DNA of 63,388 nt, filler included, from Phoronis australis (Eukaryota > Animalia > Phoronida), in assembly GCA_002633005.1 (NCBI GenBank). It is 5 parts of 5 records of this genome, joined end to end, with 100 filler letters (N's around TTAATTAATTAA, not from the genome) between each part and the next. Parts side by side here need not be neighbours in the genome. Positions count along the whole stretch, not along the records: positions 18,317 to 42,684 come from NMRA01000366.1; 4 more parts are not named here. One strand, written 5' to 3'. The notes below the pieces were generated by a model that ran no database searches, was not told the DNA's origin, and was given only the letters and a program-made list of their open reading frames with translations. Within the stretch, counting starts at the first letter, position 1. Each line of letters opens with the position of its first letter. The position numbers and the translations under genes were made by a program. Below, one piece after another: positions 24,105 to 37,061 of the stretch.

Positions 24105-27100
24105 TTTTTATACGCCCACATATCATGTGGGTGCATATTGCCATCATCTCTGTCTGTTAGTGTCTGGGCATCCGCAGCTGTATCTCCTAAACCCCTTGCA
24201 GGATCTTATTGAAATTTGGCGACGAGTTTCGGAGCGACCCGAATGCCGCTGTCCCCCCTACTGGCAATTTTAGTTTTATACGTTTGCCTCTATATCTTCG
24301 AAGGTCCTCAACCGATTTTCATGAAATTTGGCACATAGGCATCTATTAATGAGCTGATGTTATCTTCTAGCTTTCAGATAGATTTAAGGCATTTTACACC
24401 ATCTAGTGGCCATTTTTACTATTTTCGAGTCTGTTTTTTGACGTCCACTCCTCTATCAACCAAACCACTCCTAGAATGATTGTGAAAATTGGTATGTATG
24501 TTTTTGCTATAAAGAGAACAGTTGACAAGAATTTTCCGTCGACTTCAACTACTGTGGCGCCTCCTAGTGGCAGTTTTGTTTGTTTTTGCTCCCATGGCTG
24601 TATCTCCTAAACGGTCTACAGGAACTTTATTAAATGCAGCAAATGTGTTTGTATGAAGTAGACAACGGACGACGACGACTTTCAGACAGATCGGAGTACA
24701 GATGTGTCCCCTAGTGGCAATTTTTATTTTTTATGCGCCCACATATTTATATGTGGACGCCGTCATCTCTGTCCATCTCTCCGTCTGGCGTCTGTCCGTC
24801 CGGCATTCGGCGCTCCGCTGCTCTATCTCCAAAATCCTTTGACGTACGTTCATGAAATTTTGCACATATGTTCCTATCATAGATGAGACGGCATGAGCGA
24901 ACTTTCTGATTGATCCGAGTACTGGTGTGCCCCCTAGTGGCAATTTTATTTTTTACGCTTACCGCTACATCTTCAAAGGTCCTCAACGTAGTTTCATAAA
25001 ATTTGGAATATAAGTATCTATTAGTGAGATGAAGCTATCCTTCCGTTTTCGGATGAATTCGACGTAGTTTGCGCCTCCTAGTGACCATTTTTGCTGTTTT
25101 CGAGTTAGTTTTTTGGCGTTCACCACGCTATCAACCAAACCACTCTAAGGATGATTGTGGAAATTGGCCTGTATGTTTTTGCTATAAAGGGGAAGGCTAA
25201 CGATGATTTCGAGTACTGTGGCACCTCCTAGTGGCAGTTTTGTTTCTTTTTGCGCCCATGGCTGTATCTCCTAAACCGTTGGCAGGATCTTTATTAAATT
25301 CTGCGAATGTATTTATATGATGTTGACAATGGATGACGATGACTTTCGGAAGGATCTCACTACCGGTGTGGGTGTGCCCCCTTAGCGGCAATTAATTTTT
25401 TTATGTTTACCTCTGTATCTTCAAAGGTCCTCAACGTATTTTCATAAAATTTGAAATATAGGCAAGTATTAGTGAGATGACAGTATCCTCCCATTTTCAG
25501 ATAGATTTGGCATAGTTTGCGCCACCTAATGGCCATTTTTTACTGTTTTTGTCTGTTTTTGTCGTCAGCCCCTCTACCAACCAAACCGCTCTATGGATGA
25601 TTGTGAAAATTGGCATGTATGTTCTTACTACGAAGCTAAGGATGATTTTCTGACGACTTCGACTACTATGGCGCCTCTTAGTGGCAGTTTTTTTTGCACC
25701 CAAGGGTGTATCTCCTAAACCGTTTGCAGCATCTTTGCTAAATTTAGCAAATGTATTTATGTGATGTTGACAACGGACGACAAAACTTTCGGAAGGATCT
25801 GACTTCTAGTGTGCCCCCAGTGGCAATTTTCGTTTTTAGGCTTACCTCTGTATCTTCAAAGGTCCTCAACGGATTATCAGAAGGTTTGGAATATAGGCAT
25901 TTATTGGTGAGATGATGCTATCTTTCCGCTTTTGGGTGGAATCGAGATACTTTGCGCCACCTTGTGGCCATTTTCCCTATTTTCGAGTTTTTTTTGTCGT
26001 CCACCTCGATCAACCAAATCATTCTGAGGATGATTTTGAAAATTGGCACCTCCTCGTGGTAGTTTTGTTTGGTTTTGTGTCCATAGCTGCATTTCCTAAA
26101 CTCACTGCAGGATCTTTACTAAATTTAGTAATTGTATTTATATGAAGCTAACAACAGACGATGTCTTTCAGGCAGATCCAATGAACGCTGTGCCCCATAG
26201 GCAATTTTATTTTTTCTGTTTTCCTTTGTTTTTTCTGAAGTTCCTTGACAGATTTTTATGAAATTTGGTAAATAGCTTTCTATTCAAGAAGCGATGGCAT
26301 GTTCCCGTGCATTTTCAGATGGATTGGATTTTTTTCACTATCTAGTGGCTATTTTTATGAAACAAACAACCCTAGAAGCTCTCCGTTTGTGGTGCATTCT
26401 TGGGCGTATTTCAATGCTCTGCATTGCTCTTGTTTAAGTTTACCTCAGTCTTCAAAAGCCTTGATGGATTTCCGTAAACTTAACAGATAAGCATCTATTT
26501 ATGAGGTGACGCTATCCTCTTGTTTTCGAATGGATTTGAGGTATTTTGTGCCACTTAGTGGCCATTTTACTGTTTTCAAGTCCGTTTTTGGTGTCCTTCC
26601 CTTCATTAATCAAACCACTCTAAGGATGATTGTAAAAATTGGCATGTATATTTTTGCTATAAAGAGTATAATTGACGATGTTTTTCCTATGAGTACGACT
26701 ACTGTGCTGCCTCCTAGTGGCAGTTTTGTTTTTGTATTTTTTGCGCCTAGGCGTACCTTGTATGTCCTAAGCCCTCTGCAGGATCATTAAATTTAGCGCC
26801 TGTATTTATATGAAGTTAACAACGGAAGACGATGACTTTCAGACGGGTCCGAGTAACAATTTAATTTTTGTCTGGTTTCCTCTGTTTCTCTGAAGTTCCT
26901 CTATGAATTTTCATGAAATTTGTTTTTATAGCTTGTTTTTAAAGAAATGGTGACATTTTCCGGTTTTCAGACGGATTCAACATATTTTGCTCCATCTAGT
27001 GGCCATTTTGACTGTTTTCTAGTCTGTTTTTGGTGTCCGCTTTCTGTCAACTAAACCACTCGTAGGATGATTAGGAAAATTGGCATATATATTGTTAGTA

Positions 27101-28165
27101 TGAAGAGGATGGTTGACGATGACTTTCTGGCTTCAAATACTCCGGCGCCTCCTAGAGTCATTTTTTCTCTCTTAATTGTATCTCCTAAGCCCTCTGCAGA
27201 ATGTTTATTAAATTTAGCAAGTGTATATGACATTGACAACGGAAGACGACAACTTTCAGACGGATCCAATGAATCTTTTTCCCCTAGTTTTAAGTTTTAT
27301 TTTTTCCATTTTGCTAATGTTTCTTGACTTTTCATGAAATGTGGTAAATAACTTTGTGTTAAAAAACGGTGACATTTTCCAGTTTTTGATGGATTCGGAG
27401 TATTTTGCTCTATCTAGTGGTTATTTTTATGATACAGATAAATTCCCTAGAACCACACCAATTTTGCAGTGCATTCGTGGGCGCATTTCAACGCTCTGCG
27501 TTGCTCTTGTTTATGTTTTCCGCTGTATCTTCAAAAGTCCTCTATGCATTTCCATAAAATTTGGCAGACAGGCATCTATTAGTGAGGTTATGCTAGCCAT
27601 ATATTTTCGGATTGATTCAAGGTATTTTGCGATACCTAGTGGCCATTTTTGTTGTTCTGGAGTCCGTCCCTCTGTCAACCAAACCACTCTAAGGATGATT
27701 GTGAAAATTGGCTCGTATGTTCTACAATGAAGAAGATGGTTAACAATGATTTTCCGGCGACTTTGACTACTGTGGTGCCTCCTACTGACAGTTTTGTTTT
27801 TTAGCGCCCATACCTGCATCTCCTACACCCTTCGCAGGATCTTTATTAAATTAGCACATGCATTTATATGAAGTTTAGAACAGAAGACGATGGCTTTCAG
27901 ATGCATCCGACAAACACTGTGTCCCCCAGTGGCAATTTCATACTTTTTCCAATTTCCTCTGTTTCTCTATAATTGCTCGACGAATTTTCATTAAATTTGG
28001 TAAGTAGCTTGCTGTTATAAAACGATGACGTTTTCCCGTCTTTTGATGGACTCTAAGTAGTTTCCACCATCTGGTAGCCTTTTTTATGACACAAATAAAC
28101 ACCCCTAGAATTACCGTTTGCAGTACATTCGTGGGTGCATTTCAACGCTCCATGTTGCTCTTGTT
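24105..28165 (+). mobile_element. Nested non-autonomous Helentron/DINE-1-like elements with internal ~150-bp tandem subunits
   Basis: 5' ends in T-runs with sub-TIR at(a/g)cgcccac, a hairpin and a GTCC/GTCT-like tract (24105, 24727). 3' ends gtgggcgcat plus a caacgc-loop-gcgttg stem and cttgtt (26434, 27511, 28165). No TSD, inserted in T-rich sites. Confidence 0.68.
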
Positions 28166-28325
28166 ATGTTTTATTTTGTTTTCTACGTGCTTTCCATGAA
28201 ATAAGAACAAAAATGTAGTCACTGATTTTGTTTCTATAGAGCTAATTAGCTCAAACACCTTCACATAAGAATGCGCAATTTGACCTCAAAAATAAGAATT
28301 TCCCAATCACCGTTACCTCATTACA

Positions 28326-29826
28326 TTTTTTTCCCCCATCTATTTATATGTGGGTGTATATTGCCATCATCTCTGTCTTGGCGTCGGACGTCCTCAGCTG
28401 TATATCCTTAACCTCACAGGATTTTGATGAGATTTGGCAGATGTGTTCCTATGAAGCTGAAGATGGACAACAGCGAATTTTGGACCTCTCCTACGACCGA
28501 TGTGCAATTTTAACTTCTTACATTTATCTCTGTATCTTTGGAGGTACTCAATGGATTTTCATAAAATTTGGCATCTGTTAGTGAGATGGCGCTATCCACT
28601 TGTTTTCGGATGGATTCGAAGTACTTTGCACCATCTGGTGGCCATGTTTAATATTTTTGAGTTTGGTTTTTTGGAGTTCGAGCTTCTATCAACCGAACCG
28701 CTCCCGGGATGATTGTGAAAATCGGCATGTAACTATGTTAACTTCTTACTGTGAAGAAGGCGGCTGACGATGATTCTCGACGTCTCCGAGTACTGTGGCA
28801 CCTCCTAGTGGCAGTTTTGTTTGTTTTTACGCCCATGACTATCTCCTAAATGCTCTTTATTAAAGGATCTTCGTTAAATTTTGCTAGTGTATTTATATGA
28901 AGTTGAGAAAGGACACCAATGACTTTGGAACGAATCGGACTACAGGTGTGATCGCTATTGGCAATTTTATTTTTTCACGTTTACCTCTGTATCTTCAAAG
29001 GTCCTCGGTGGATTTTCACGTTTACCTCTGTATCTTCAAAGGTCCTCAGTGGATTTTCATAAAATTTGGCAGATAGGCATTTATTAGAAAGGTGACACTA
29101 TCCTGCAGTTTTCGGTTTGATTCAAGGTATTTTGCACCACATAGTGGCCATTTTTACTGTTTTTTGGCGTCTACCCTCTGTCAACCAAAACATTCTAAGG
29201 ATGATTGTGGAAATTGGCATATATTTCTAATGTGAAGAGGAGGGCCGACGATGATTTTGTGACGACCTCAACTACTGTGGGGCCTCCGTTTTCCTCTGTT
29301 TCTCCAAAGCTGCTTGAAAGATTTTTATGAAATTTAATAAATAGCTTCCTATTGAAATGATAACATGTTCCTGTTTTTTGATGGATTCGTCATATTTTGT
29401 GCCATCTACTGGCAATTTCAACTGTTTCCAGTCTGTTTTTGGCATCCGCTTCTCTGTCAACCAAATCACTCTAAGGATGATTCTGAAAATTGTCATATAT
29501 GTTCTTAGTGTGAAGAGGACGATTGATGATGATTTTCCTATGACTTAATCGGCTGTGGCGCCTCCTAGAGGCAGTAATTTTTTGTTTTGGGACCGTAGCC
29601 TCCAAGCGGCAATTTCATTTTTTCTGTTCTGGATTTCTCAGACGTTCCTTTACAGATTTTTATGAAATTTGGTAAATAGGTTGATGACATATACCAGTTT
29701 TCGAATGGATTCAACTTATTTTGCGCCATCTAGTGGCCATTTTTATGATACAAATAAACTCCCCTAGAAGCTACACCGTTTGCAGTGCATTCGTGAGCGC
29801 ATTTCAGCACTCCGTGTTTCTCTTGT
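28326..29826 (+). mobile_element. Further copy of the same Helentron/DINE-like family
   Basis: Same 5' hairpin (cccatctatttatatgtggg), same internal subunits, and 3' end gtgagcgcatttcagcactccgtgtttctcttgt. Confidence 0.68.
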
Positions 29827-30359
29827 ACTAGATGAGATTGTGAAATAAGTTTAGTTGATGTGAATAATCTGAGACATGATGTTTCTTGAAGTTCTTTAAT
29901 GAATTTAGAGTTTACTATTTTAATTAAGTAACACCTAGTGTCTACACTTGGGTTTGCCTACTGTTTAGTATGACATGGTTGTGGAATTTTATCTCGTGTG
30001 CTATGAAAAACTCAATGCAACAGGTTTCAAATTAAAGAACCTCACTCCTGTTATTTGAAATAAAATAATCGTATTGAAATATGTAATAAGTATGTCAGTA
30101 CGATAAAACATCAACTACTTTGTGGCTTTGTGTCAAACCTCCTTTAGTAGTTGTTATTGATGCTCTGTTTTCTGTGAGGGAAGGCTTATTATTGCCAGTA
30201 GTAGTCACTAGAGGGCTCTGTGGTTTGTTACCAATCCATGGCTTTGTTTCCTTGAACACATAAGTCTCCAGGTTTTCTTCACACATCATCACATGTTTCG
30301 TATTCTGTACAGTTAATTGACGCTTTTGAACCAATGCGATTGTTTTTTTTTTTATGAGC

Positions 30360-30541
30360 ACAGCTCCAGAAAGATCTTTCGCAGTATGTCCAGGTTCTCA
30401 TTCACTTCCTTGCACACATTCACAAGCTAGACCGAGCTCAGAGGAACAGGAGACACCTTTGTGCAATGCTTGAATGTCAGCCAGTGATCTGAACCAAGGT
30501 CTCCCAAGTGGGAGTCTGGAGCTTTAACCACTGAGCCACAC
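30360..30541 (-). mobile_element. tRNA-derived SINE remnant
   Basis: Minus strand reads gtggctcagtggttaaagc (A box) ... ggttcagatc (B-box-like). Confidence 0.5.
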
Positions 30542-30758
30542 TGTCTTCTGTTGATGAACTTTTTCAGTGTCTTGTTGCATGGTTAGTAGTTAGTAGAGAA
30601 CATTTTTTGAGAAAATTGGTTTCAGTTGGCTTAGATCGAAAATCATGCGTGTATTTCTCAAAAAGTGCCATATTCTTGTGAAACTGAAACCTATGCGTGA
30701 TAAGAGTTCATTTACTATCCCATGTTATGCCGTAGTAAAATGATTCGTCATTTTACAG

Positions 30759-31039
30759 GCACATCGGTTATTGCCAGAAATTTATTCAAAAAGCTTCCAG
30801 TGCGCAAACAGTACTACAACACGTTGAAGAAGAAAAAGGATGAGTTAAGACGCGTTGAAAGAGTTCTCATGGCCTTTGGACTCATACACCCAGGGGTTAG
30901 GTTTAGTCTGCGACATGATAAATGTGTAGTCTGGCAGAAGGCTAGTTCTACAGATGTTCGCACTGTCCTGTTGAGCGTTCTTGGTCATTCTGTTGCCAAT
31001 AGCATGGTCTACAACAAAAGGGCGTTCGATACATGCCAG
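30759..31039 (+). CDS. PMS1: PMS1 exon
   Basis: GTSVIARNLFKKLPVRKQYY...LMAFGLIHPGVRF...WQK...VLG aligns by eye with human PMS1 LFKNLPVRKQFY. Confidence 0.95.
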
Positions 31040-31144
31040 GTAAGTTCAAATTTAATTTAGTAAAAAATTATGCGAATTGCACCATAACAATGTTCATTTT
31101 AAGACTTCATGGGATCCAGGGGTACCAAATTCCATCTGCTCAGA

Positions 31145-32298
31145 CAATAGTCCTTTTGCGAGTTTATAACAATAACGCGAGATTACGTGAGACTTAACTG
31201 TGACGTCACGGGAAGTGGGGCAAAAGCTTGTCGATGGGCTCATTTGCCAATACGTTAGCAAAGTGTAGTCTGTTATTTTCTTCCACTTTTTGGCCGCTTA
31301 GTTCGAAAAATGCCAAACAAGCATTGCTGTTATGGCAAATGAAATTCAGATTCGCACTGCAATACGTTGTATCGCGTTGTGTACTAATTTCGTTTCGTGT
31401 ATTTTAAACGGGCCTAGGCGAAATCCGCTCACTGATAAGTTATCACCACGTCAAAAATACATTCTACATCTAAAATTATCACCTAAAAAGGCGCTTACTT
31501 TCTCCAGTGGTCCTTTCTGCTTCTGAACATATCTTCGATGAAGCATAGCTACGGGAATTCAGGTGACTTTGGTGAATTCCAACTCCACATTGTGGTTACT
31601 GTTAACTTAAACCGCGCGCGCGATAACCACAAAGTAGTTAACTGGTCAGGTGAGTATGAGGCAAAGGCTAGCGCGAGACTGAGTGAAGCGCGAGACCTGG
31701 CGCGTGACACTTGCAAAATAACACGAGAACATGTCAAGTGAATTTGTAAGATTTGTGTTCCTTGGACTTATTGTTCGTGATTTCACGTAACTTTCTCAAA
31801 ATGGCGCCCTGTGACTCGGAGAAACTTGAGCGAACCGCGAGGTTTTCATGGATAGGTTCAAGTTATTTGTAGACTAAATTATATCCAGAGTCAGGGTATG
31901 TGTTAACTAATTATAACTCCATGTGCGCATATGCATGTTTCATTTGATTTTATTTTCTGTATTTTGAAGTGAGTAACTTTTTATGGGGATAAACTATCGC
32001 CCCTGTATGCCTGCGGCATTCAGGCCTAGAACGGGTTGAGTTCCAATTTCAGTCCGTTCACAGCTTCGCACAACATAACAAGTTCACATTTTCTTCGTCC
32101 ATTCACAGTTATTCCACGATCCATCTACCATCTTTTAAGTTGTGTTTACGTTTTAAACGTAAAATTCACCATAAGAACTCCAGTAAAATTTAGCGTGTGT
32201 AGCAAAGACTCGGGGCCGAACAAGAGCAATATGGCGGGTTTTGCCCCTTTTCCGGTGACGTCACATTGACTAACGAGAAACTCGCAAATGAGCTATTG
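31145..32298. mobile_element. Non-autonomous TIR DNA transposon (ISL2EU/Harbinger-like)
   Basis: Ends caatagtccttttgcgagttt and reverse complement caatagctcatttgcgagttt. Subterminal inverted motif gtgacgtcac-ggaa-ggggcaaaa at both ends. CpG-rich against the intron background. Confidence 0.7.
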
Positions 32299-32574
32299 TT
32301 TAGTATTTACAGTAGCCTAGGTATGCTGAGGGCCCCTCATGTCCATTATCAAAACCTCTTCTGGTTTTAACGTATATATTGCTAAAATTAGACATGATTT
32401 TTGAACTTTTATAGTCTTAGGATTGGCCGAGCTTTTTATCAATTGAGACCAAACAACGTGTGTTGACTTGACTTATTGGTTGAGACCAAGCAAAATGTGT
32501 TGACTTGAATTATTGCTCCATGAACTCAGCATATCATGTTTCAGTAGCAAGCTGGTCTAAAAGAAAATTTAATT

Positions 32575-32760
32575 TTATATTTGAGGGCAGGTTTGTTGCA
32601 TATCTTTATTTGAAGGCAGGTTTGTTGCATATCTTTATTTGAAGGCAGGTTTGTTGCATATCTTTATTTGAAGGCAGGTTTGTTGCATATCTTTATTTGA
32701 AGGCAGGTTTGTTGCATATATATCTTTATTTGAAGGCAGGTTTGTTGCATATATTTATTT
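32575..32760. repeat. 29-bp minisatellite ending just upstream of a PMS1 acceptor
   Basis: tttatttgaaggcaggtttgttgcatatc, about 6 copies. Confidence 0.92.
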
Positions 32761-32789
32761 CAAATGATTGTTGTCCTTGTTTACTTTAG

Positions 32790-32912
32790 GTGGTAATTGA
32801 GATGTTTGTCCCAAGTCCATCCAGTAATCCAGCTGTGATGTCCAGGTCAACCAACGACAGGTGTTTTGTTTATGTCAACAAAAGGCCAGTGGTCAGCAAA
32901 CGCATTGAGAAG
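32790..32912 (+). CDS. PMS1: PMS1 exon, transducer domain
   Basis: VVIEMFVPSP...RSTNDRCFVYVNKRPVVSKRIEK, AG/GT, phase 0. Confidence 0.92.
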
Positions 32913-33147
32913 GTAATGACTCGTAAAATGTTGGAAGAAGTAGTTTAGTGCTAGTGAATGCAGGTTTCAACTTTGTTTCGACAGCGGTGACATTTTGTTG
33001 TAACAGGCACACACTTGAGTGTATTACATAGTTTCTTTAAAAAAATCACTGTTCCTTGGAAAGTTGTCTTTTCAATTTTATATGGTTTGCAATATCCAAG
33101 TTGTTTCTGGTTTTGCATTTATCTGCTGATAATTTCAAATGTTTTAG

Positions 33148-33288
33148 CTTCTTAAAAAGTATTACAACAAAGCCATGGCAACTAACTCGAGTCATTTCCC
33201 TCTGGCGTGTGTCATCATTCAAGTGCCCACTTGTGACACTGATGTCAACATTGAGCCAAACAAAACAATGGTCCTTCTACACAACGAG
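33148..33288 (+). CDS. PMS1: PMS1 exon, transducer domain
   Basis: LLKKYYN...FPLACVIIQVPTCDTDVNIEPNKTMVLLHNE (MutL DVNxxPxK motif). Confidence 0.93.
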
Positions 33289-33362
33289 GTATGCTCTAAT
33301 TTAATACAATTAGAAGTGTTGATTTAGCTCATTTGTCATTCAAAAACTTGCCTTTGGTGTGA

Positions 33363-34036
33363 TTTTTATGAGCACACGTTTTATATGTGGACACATTATG
33401 CTGTTATCCTGGTCGGTTCGGTGTCCTTCCTTCCATCTGGCATCCGTCTGGTGTCTGTCTGTCCATCAGTCATTCGGCTGGCATCTGTCTGGCATCAGCT
33501 GCTCTATCTACAAAACCCTTTGATGTATGTTCAAGAAAGTTTGAGCTTGTGTTCCTTTCATGAATGGGGCAGCATGAGCGAACTTTCGGATGGATTCAAC
33601 AACCGGAGTGTCCTCTTGGCAATTTTAGTTTTTTACGTTTACCTCGTTATCTTCAAAAGTCCTAAACGGATTTTCATAAAATTTGTAATGTAGTCATATA
33701 TTGATGAGATGACACTATCATCTCGTTTTCAGATGAATTTGAGGTATTTTGCGCCCCCTAGGTGGCCATTTTTGGTGTTTTTTAGTCTGTTTTTGACATC
33801 CACCCCTCTATCAACCAATCCATTCTAAGGATGATAGTGAACATTGGCACATATGTTCTTAGTGTGAAGACGATGGTTGAGGATGACGACTTGGTGGCAT
33901 GTTCTCATTTTCAGATGGATTTGATGTATTTTGTGCCATCTATTGGCCATTTTTATGATTCAAATAAACATCCCCAAAAGTTCACCGTTTGCGATGCTTT
34001 CGTGGGCGCTTTTCAATGCTCCACGTTGCTCTTGTT
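33363..34036 (+). mobile_element. Short copy of the Helentron/DINE-like family
   Basis: T-run start, GTCT/GTCC tract, same subunits, 3' end gtgggcgcttttcaatgctccacgttgctcttgtt. Confidence 0.65.
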
Positions 34037-34490
34037 TGCTTTGGAAAGAACTGCTTAGGGCAGGGGTCAATATATGGGCTGACCAAGACCTCAAACAGCA
34101 AAGAAACTCAGATCTTCATAAGTCCAGTGGTTAAGGTAGAAGAATTGGAAGAAGACACAATCTTGCTACATACTTAGCTCATTAGGCTACTCAAATTATC
34201 ATTTTTTACTCTCGTTGGTCTTTAATAAATTGGAATTTTGTTACTGACAGGGTTTTCATTGTTGACCTTTACAAAACACATTTGAATTAGTTCTCCCTAT
34301 ATCTACCAACCGAACGATCGTGTTAACATTAAAACGTTTTTGAGATTCAACTGAACAGAACCACTTTATATGTCCTCATAATCTAATGTCTTTACCCTTA
34401 AGATTCATGGTCCTGTTAAATATTTTTGCTTCATTGCTTTGTTTTTATGCAAGCCAGCACTTGCCTACTTAATTACATTGTTTTTTTCAG

Positions 34491-35333
34491 GATGAAGTCA
34501 TCTCATGTTTGGATTTAATTCTTCAAGAAGTCTATGGTGAAAGTTATAATGGCCATCTTGATACTCTCACTTACCCCAATAAAGGGGCTGATGATTTATC
34601 TCAGGTTGATTCTGTGATTGGCGCTGTGTTTGAAAAAGAGCAATATTTAGGTAAAACAACCTGCCCAGGAAGCAGGAAACAACAAAATGTTGTCGATTTA
34701 GATTGGTCTCTGGAAGATTGTGATGCAACGAATTCATCTCTGGGTACTGAGTTGCCTGTTTCTGGTTCGTTTAAACTGCATTTGGCTGAAACTCAAGATA
34801 TTCGGTCTCATTGCATGTCACAGGACAATGACAATGAGAAGCCATGTGACCATACCTCTGCCAATGTTAAAGAGCACCGACGTTTGTTCCCAGTTGAGAA
34901 GATATGCACTCCAGTTCAATCTGAAGACAGTGAATATAGACAGGATGCTGTTGTAGACAATGTAAAGAAAGGTCATGACCTTCTTCAACTTGAGACACAT
35001 TGTCATGAAGAGTCTGACTTTGGAAACCATGATGTACTTGGAGACACATGTGCCTCTAACTCTTTCTTGCTGTCAAGTACAAGTATGTTCGACGACTCGT
35101 TTGATGCCGTGAAGTCAGACGCTAGCATATTACTCAATAACCACAGTAAAGACGTAGTGGTCGAAAACAAAAGCAGTGGAGTGTGTGCAAATGGTGATGA
35201 TTCTGAGGACATGGAGGATAACTCCACCTGGCAGTCACCTTCTGATGTGCTAGAAAAGTCGTCGACTAACATATGTACTGCCAAGAGTTGGATCAAGGGT
35301 ATCATGGTGGATAAGAAAGGAAGAAAACTTGAG
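34491..35333 (+). CDS. PMS1: PMS1 large exon, acidic linker
   Basis: 843-bp open exon starting DEVISCLDLILQEVYG (human ESVLIALENLMTTCYG), phase 0/0, AG/GT. Confidence 0.85.
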
Positions 35334-36099
35334 GTACTTTGAAATATGCTGTAATCCTTCTGTATACGGTTGCTGAATGTCTTACATAAATTCCACAGAC
35401 TTTACAGGCAAAAATTGAATAATATCTTTTTCTCTAATTATTTATATCTGTCATAGCTTCACATTGGTGACGGGATACTCAGTAGGTTAAGCTAGTAAAT
35501 AAACGGCCTTTTTTTAGTCATCTCAATAGGTTGGGAGCAGAATATAGTTTCATCAGCATGGGTTTGTTTGTGTTTACAGTGACTGTCTGATTTGATTTAT
35601 AAATGTCAACGGTTGCATTTCTATGAGAAGGTCCCTTGCTTCACTTAAGACACCAAGTGAATGTGTCAAAGACCCTTGGTTGGATTTTGAAGAAATCTGG
35701 CTGGGGTGTAGGGCATCATTAGAATTTCGTGTCACTTATCAATTTGGGGTCAGGGGTGGCGTGGCATTTTCAATATTTTTGGAGAAGACCATTTCCGGAT
35801 AGTATTTAGTAAAGAAGTTGACGGATTTCAATGTATTTTGACACTGACAGATGTATGTGATATTGATATGCCGACACTCTTAAATTTAGTATTGGAATAT
35901 TTGCACTGACCTGGCACCAAAAATCCAAAATCTTCAAATATGTTAAGAATATTGATATACCAATACTATCAACTCGTTGCATTAGGCTTTCAAACTTGAC
36001 ACAATGAAGCCTAAGTCGCCACGACAAAACTTCAAACTCAACACAGTGACGAGTCATAACAGGTTTTGGAGAACACTGCATGTATACACAATGCAGGTT

Positions 36100-36660
36100 T
36101 TGAGGTGCTGGGATTGTTGGGACATTTGTCGATGTATGCACAAGGCAGATTGTGAGGTGATGGGACATCTGTCCATGTAATGCACAAGGCAGATTGTGAG
36201 GTCATGGGACATCTGTCCATGTAATGCACAAGACAGATTGTGAGGTGATGGGACATCTGTCCATGTATGCACAAGACAGATTGTGAGGTGATGGGACATC
36301 TGTCCATGTACGCACAAGGCAGATTTTGAGGTCATGGGACATCTGTCCATGTATGCACAAGACAGATTGTGAGGTGATGGGACATCTGTCCAAGTATGCA
36401 CAAGACAGATTGTGAGGTGCTGGGACATCTGTCCATGTACGCACAAGGCAGATTGTGAGGTGATGGGACATCTGTCCATGTACGCACAAGGCAGATTGTG
36501 AGGTGATGGGACATCTGTCCATGTATGCACAAGACAGATTGTGAGGTGATGGGACATCTGTCCATGTATGCACAAGGCAGATTGTGAGGTGATGGGACAT
36601 CTGTTCATGTATGCACAAGGCAGATTGTGAGGTCATGGGACATCTGTCTGTGTATGCACA
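36100..36660. repeat. 43-bp minisatellite
   Basis: gattgtgaggtgatgggacatctgtccatgtatgcacaa(g/a)(g/a)ca-type unit, about 12 copies. Explains the overlapping repetitive ORFs. Confidence 0.95.
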
Positions 36661-36865
36661 GTTTTGTTTTCAAGAATTGTGACATCCCAGTCATAATGAA
36701 GAAGATAGATGTCCCCATGCACCAAAGGGTTGTTACCTGATGGTTTAATACAGGTGTCTGAACTGTTGTTCATAGTTTCACTTAGTATAAGCACTAACTG
36801 TTCCTTGCTTCACATATTAACCTTTAACATATATTGACTAATGTCATTCTCTTTACTTACCCCAG

Positions 36866-37061
36866 CCAGTGATGCTGTTACCTCCAAAGCCGTGTCATTC
36901 TTCTGGCATTAGCTCCCCTGTTTCACAGCACACCCAGGGTAAACTTAAGGCCCTGACTGAGACACCCAATCAACCCAAGTTGACTGACTTCATTAAAAAC
37001 AAGCCTGTTAAACATCCAACTCCTGCCTTCGTGTACTTTGCCAAGGATGTCAGACCTCGCG
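36866..37061 (+). CDS. PMS1: PMS1 exon, start of HMG box
   Basis: PVMLLPP...VKHPTPAFVYFAKDVRPR (HMG helix 1), AG/GT. Confidence 0.88.

Noticed and set aside
24704-29548. Numerous 60-130 aa ORFs within the intronic repeat cluster
   Set aside because: By-products of the repeated subunit on both strands, with no Rep/helicase or other domain.
36038-36636. Cys/His-rich repetitive ORFs (similar cases at 17943, 53607, 55255, 55488, 60002 and 61008)
   Set aside because: Translations of minisatellites, open in several frames.
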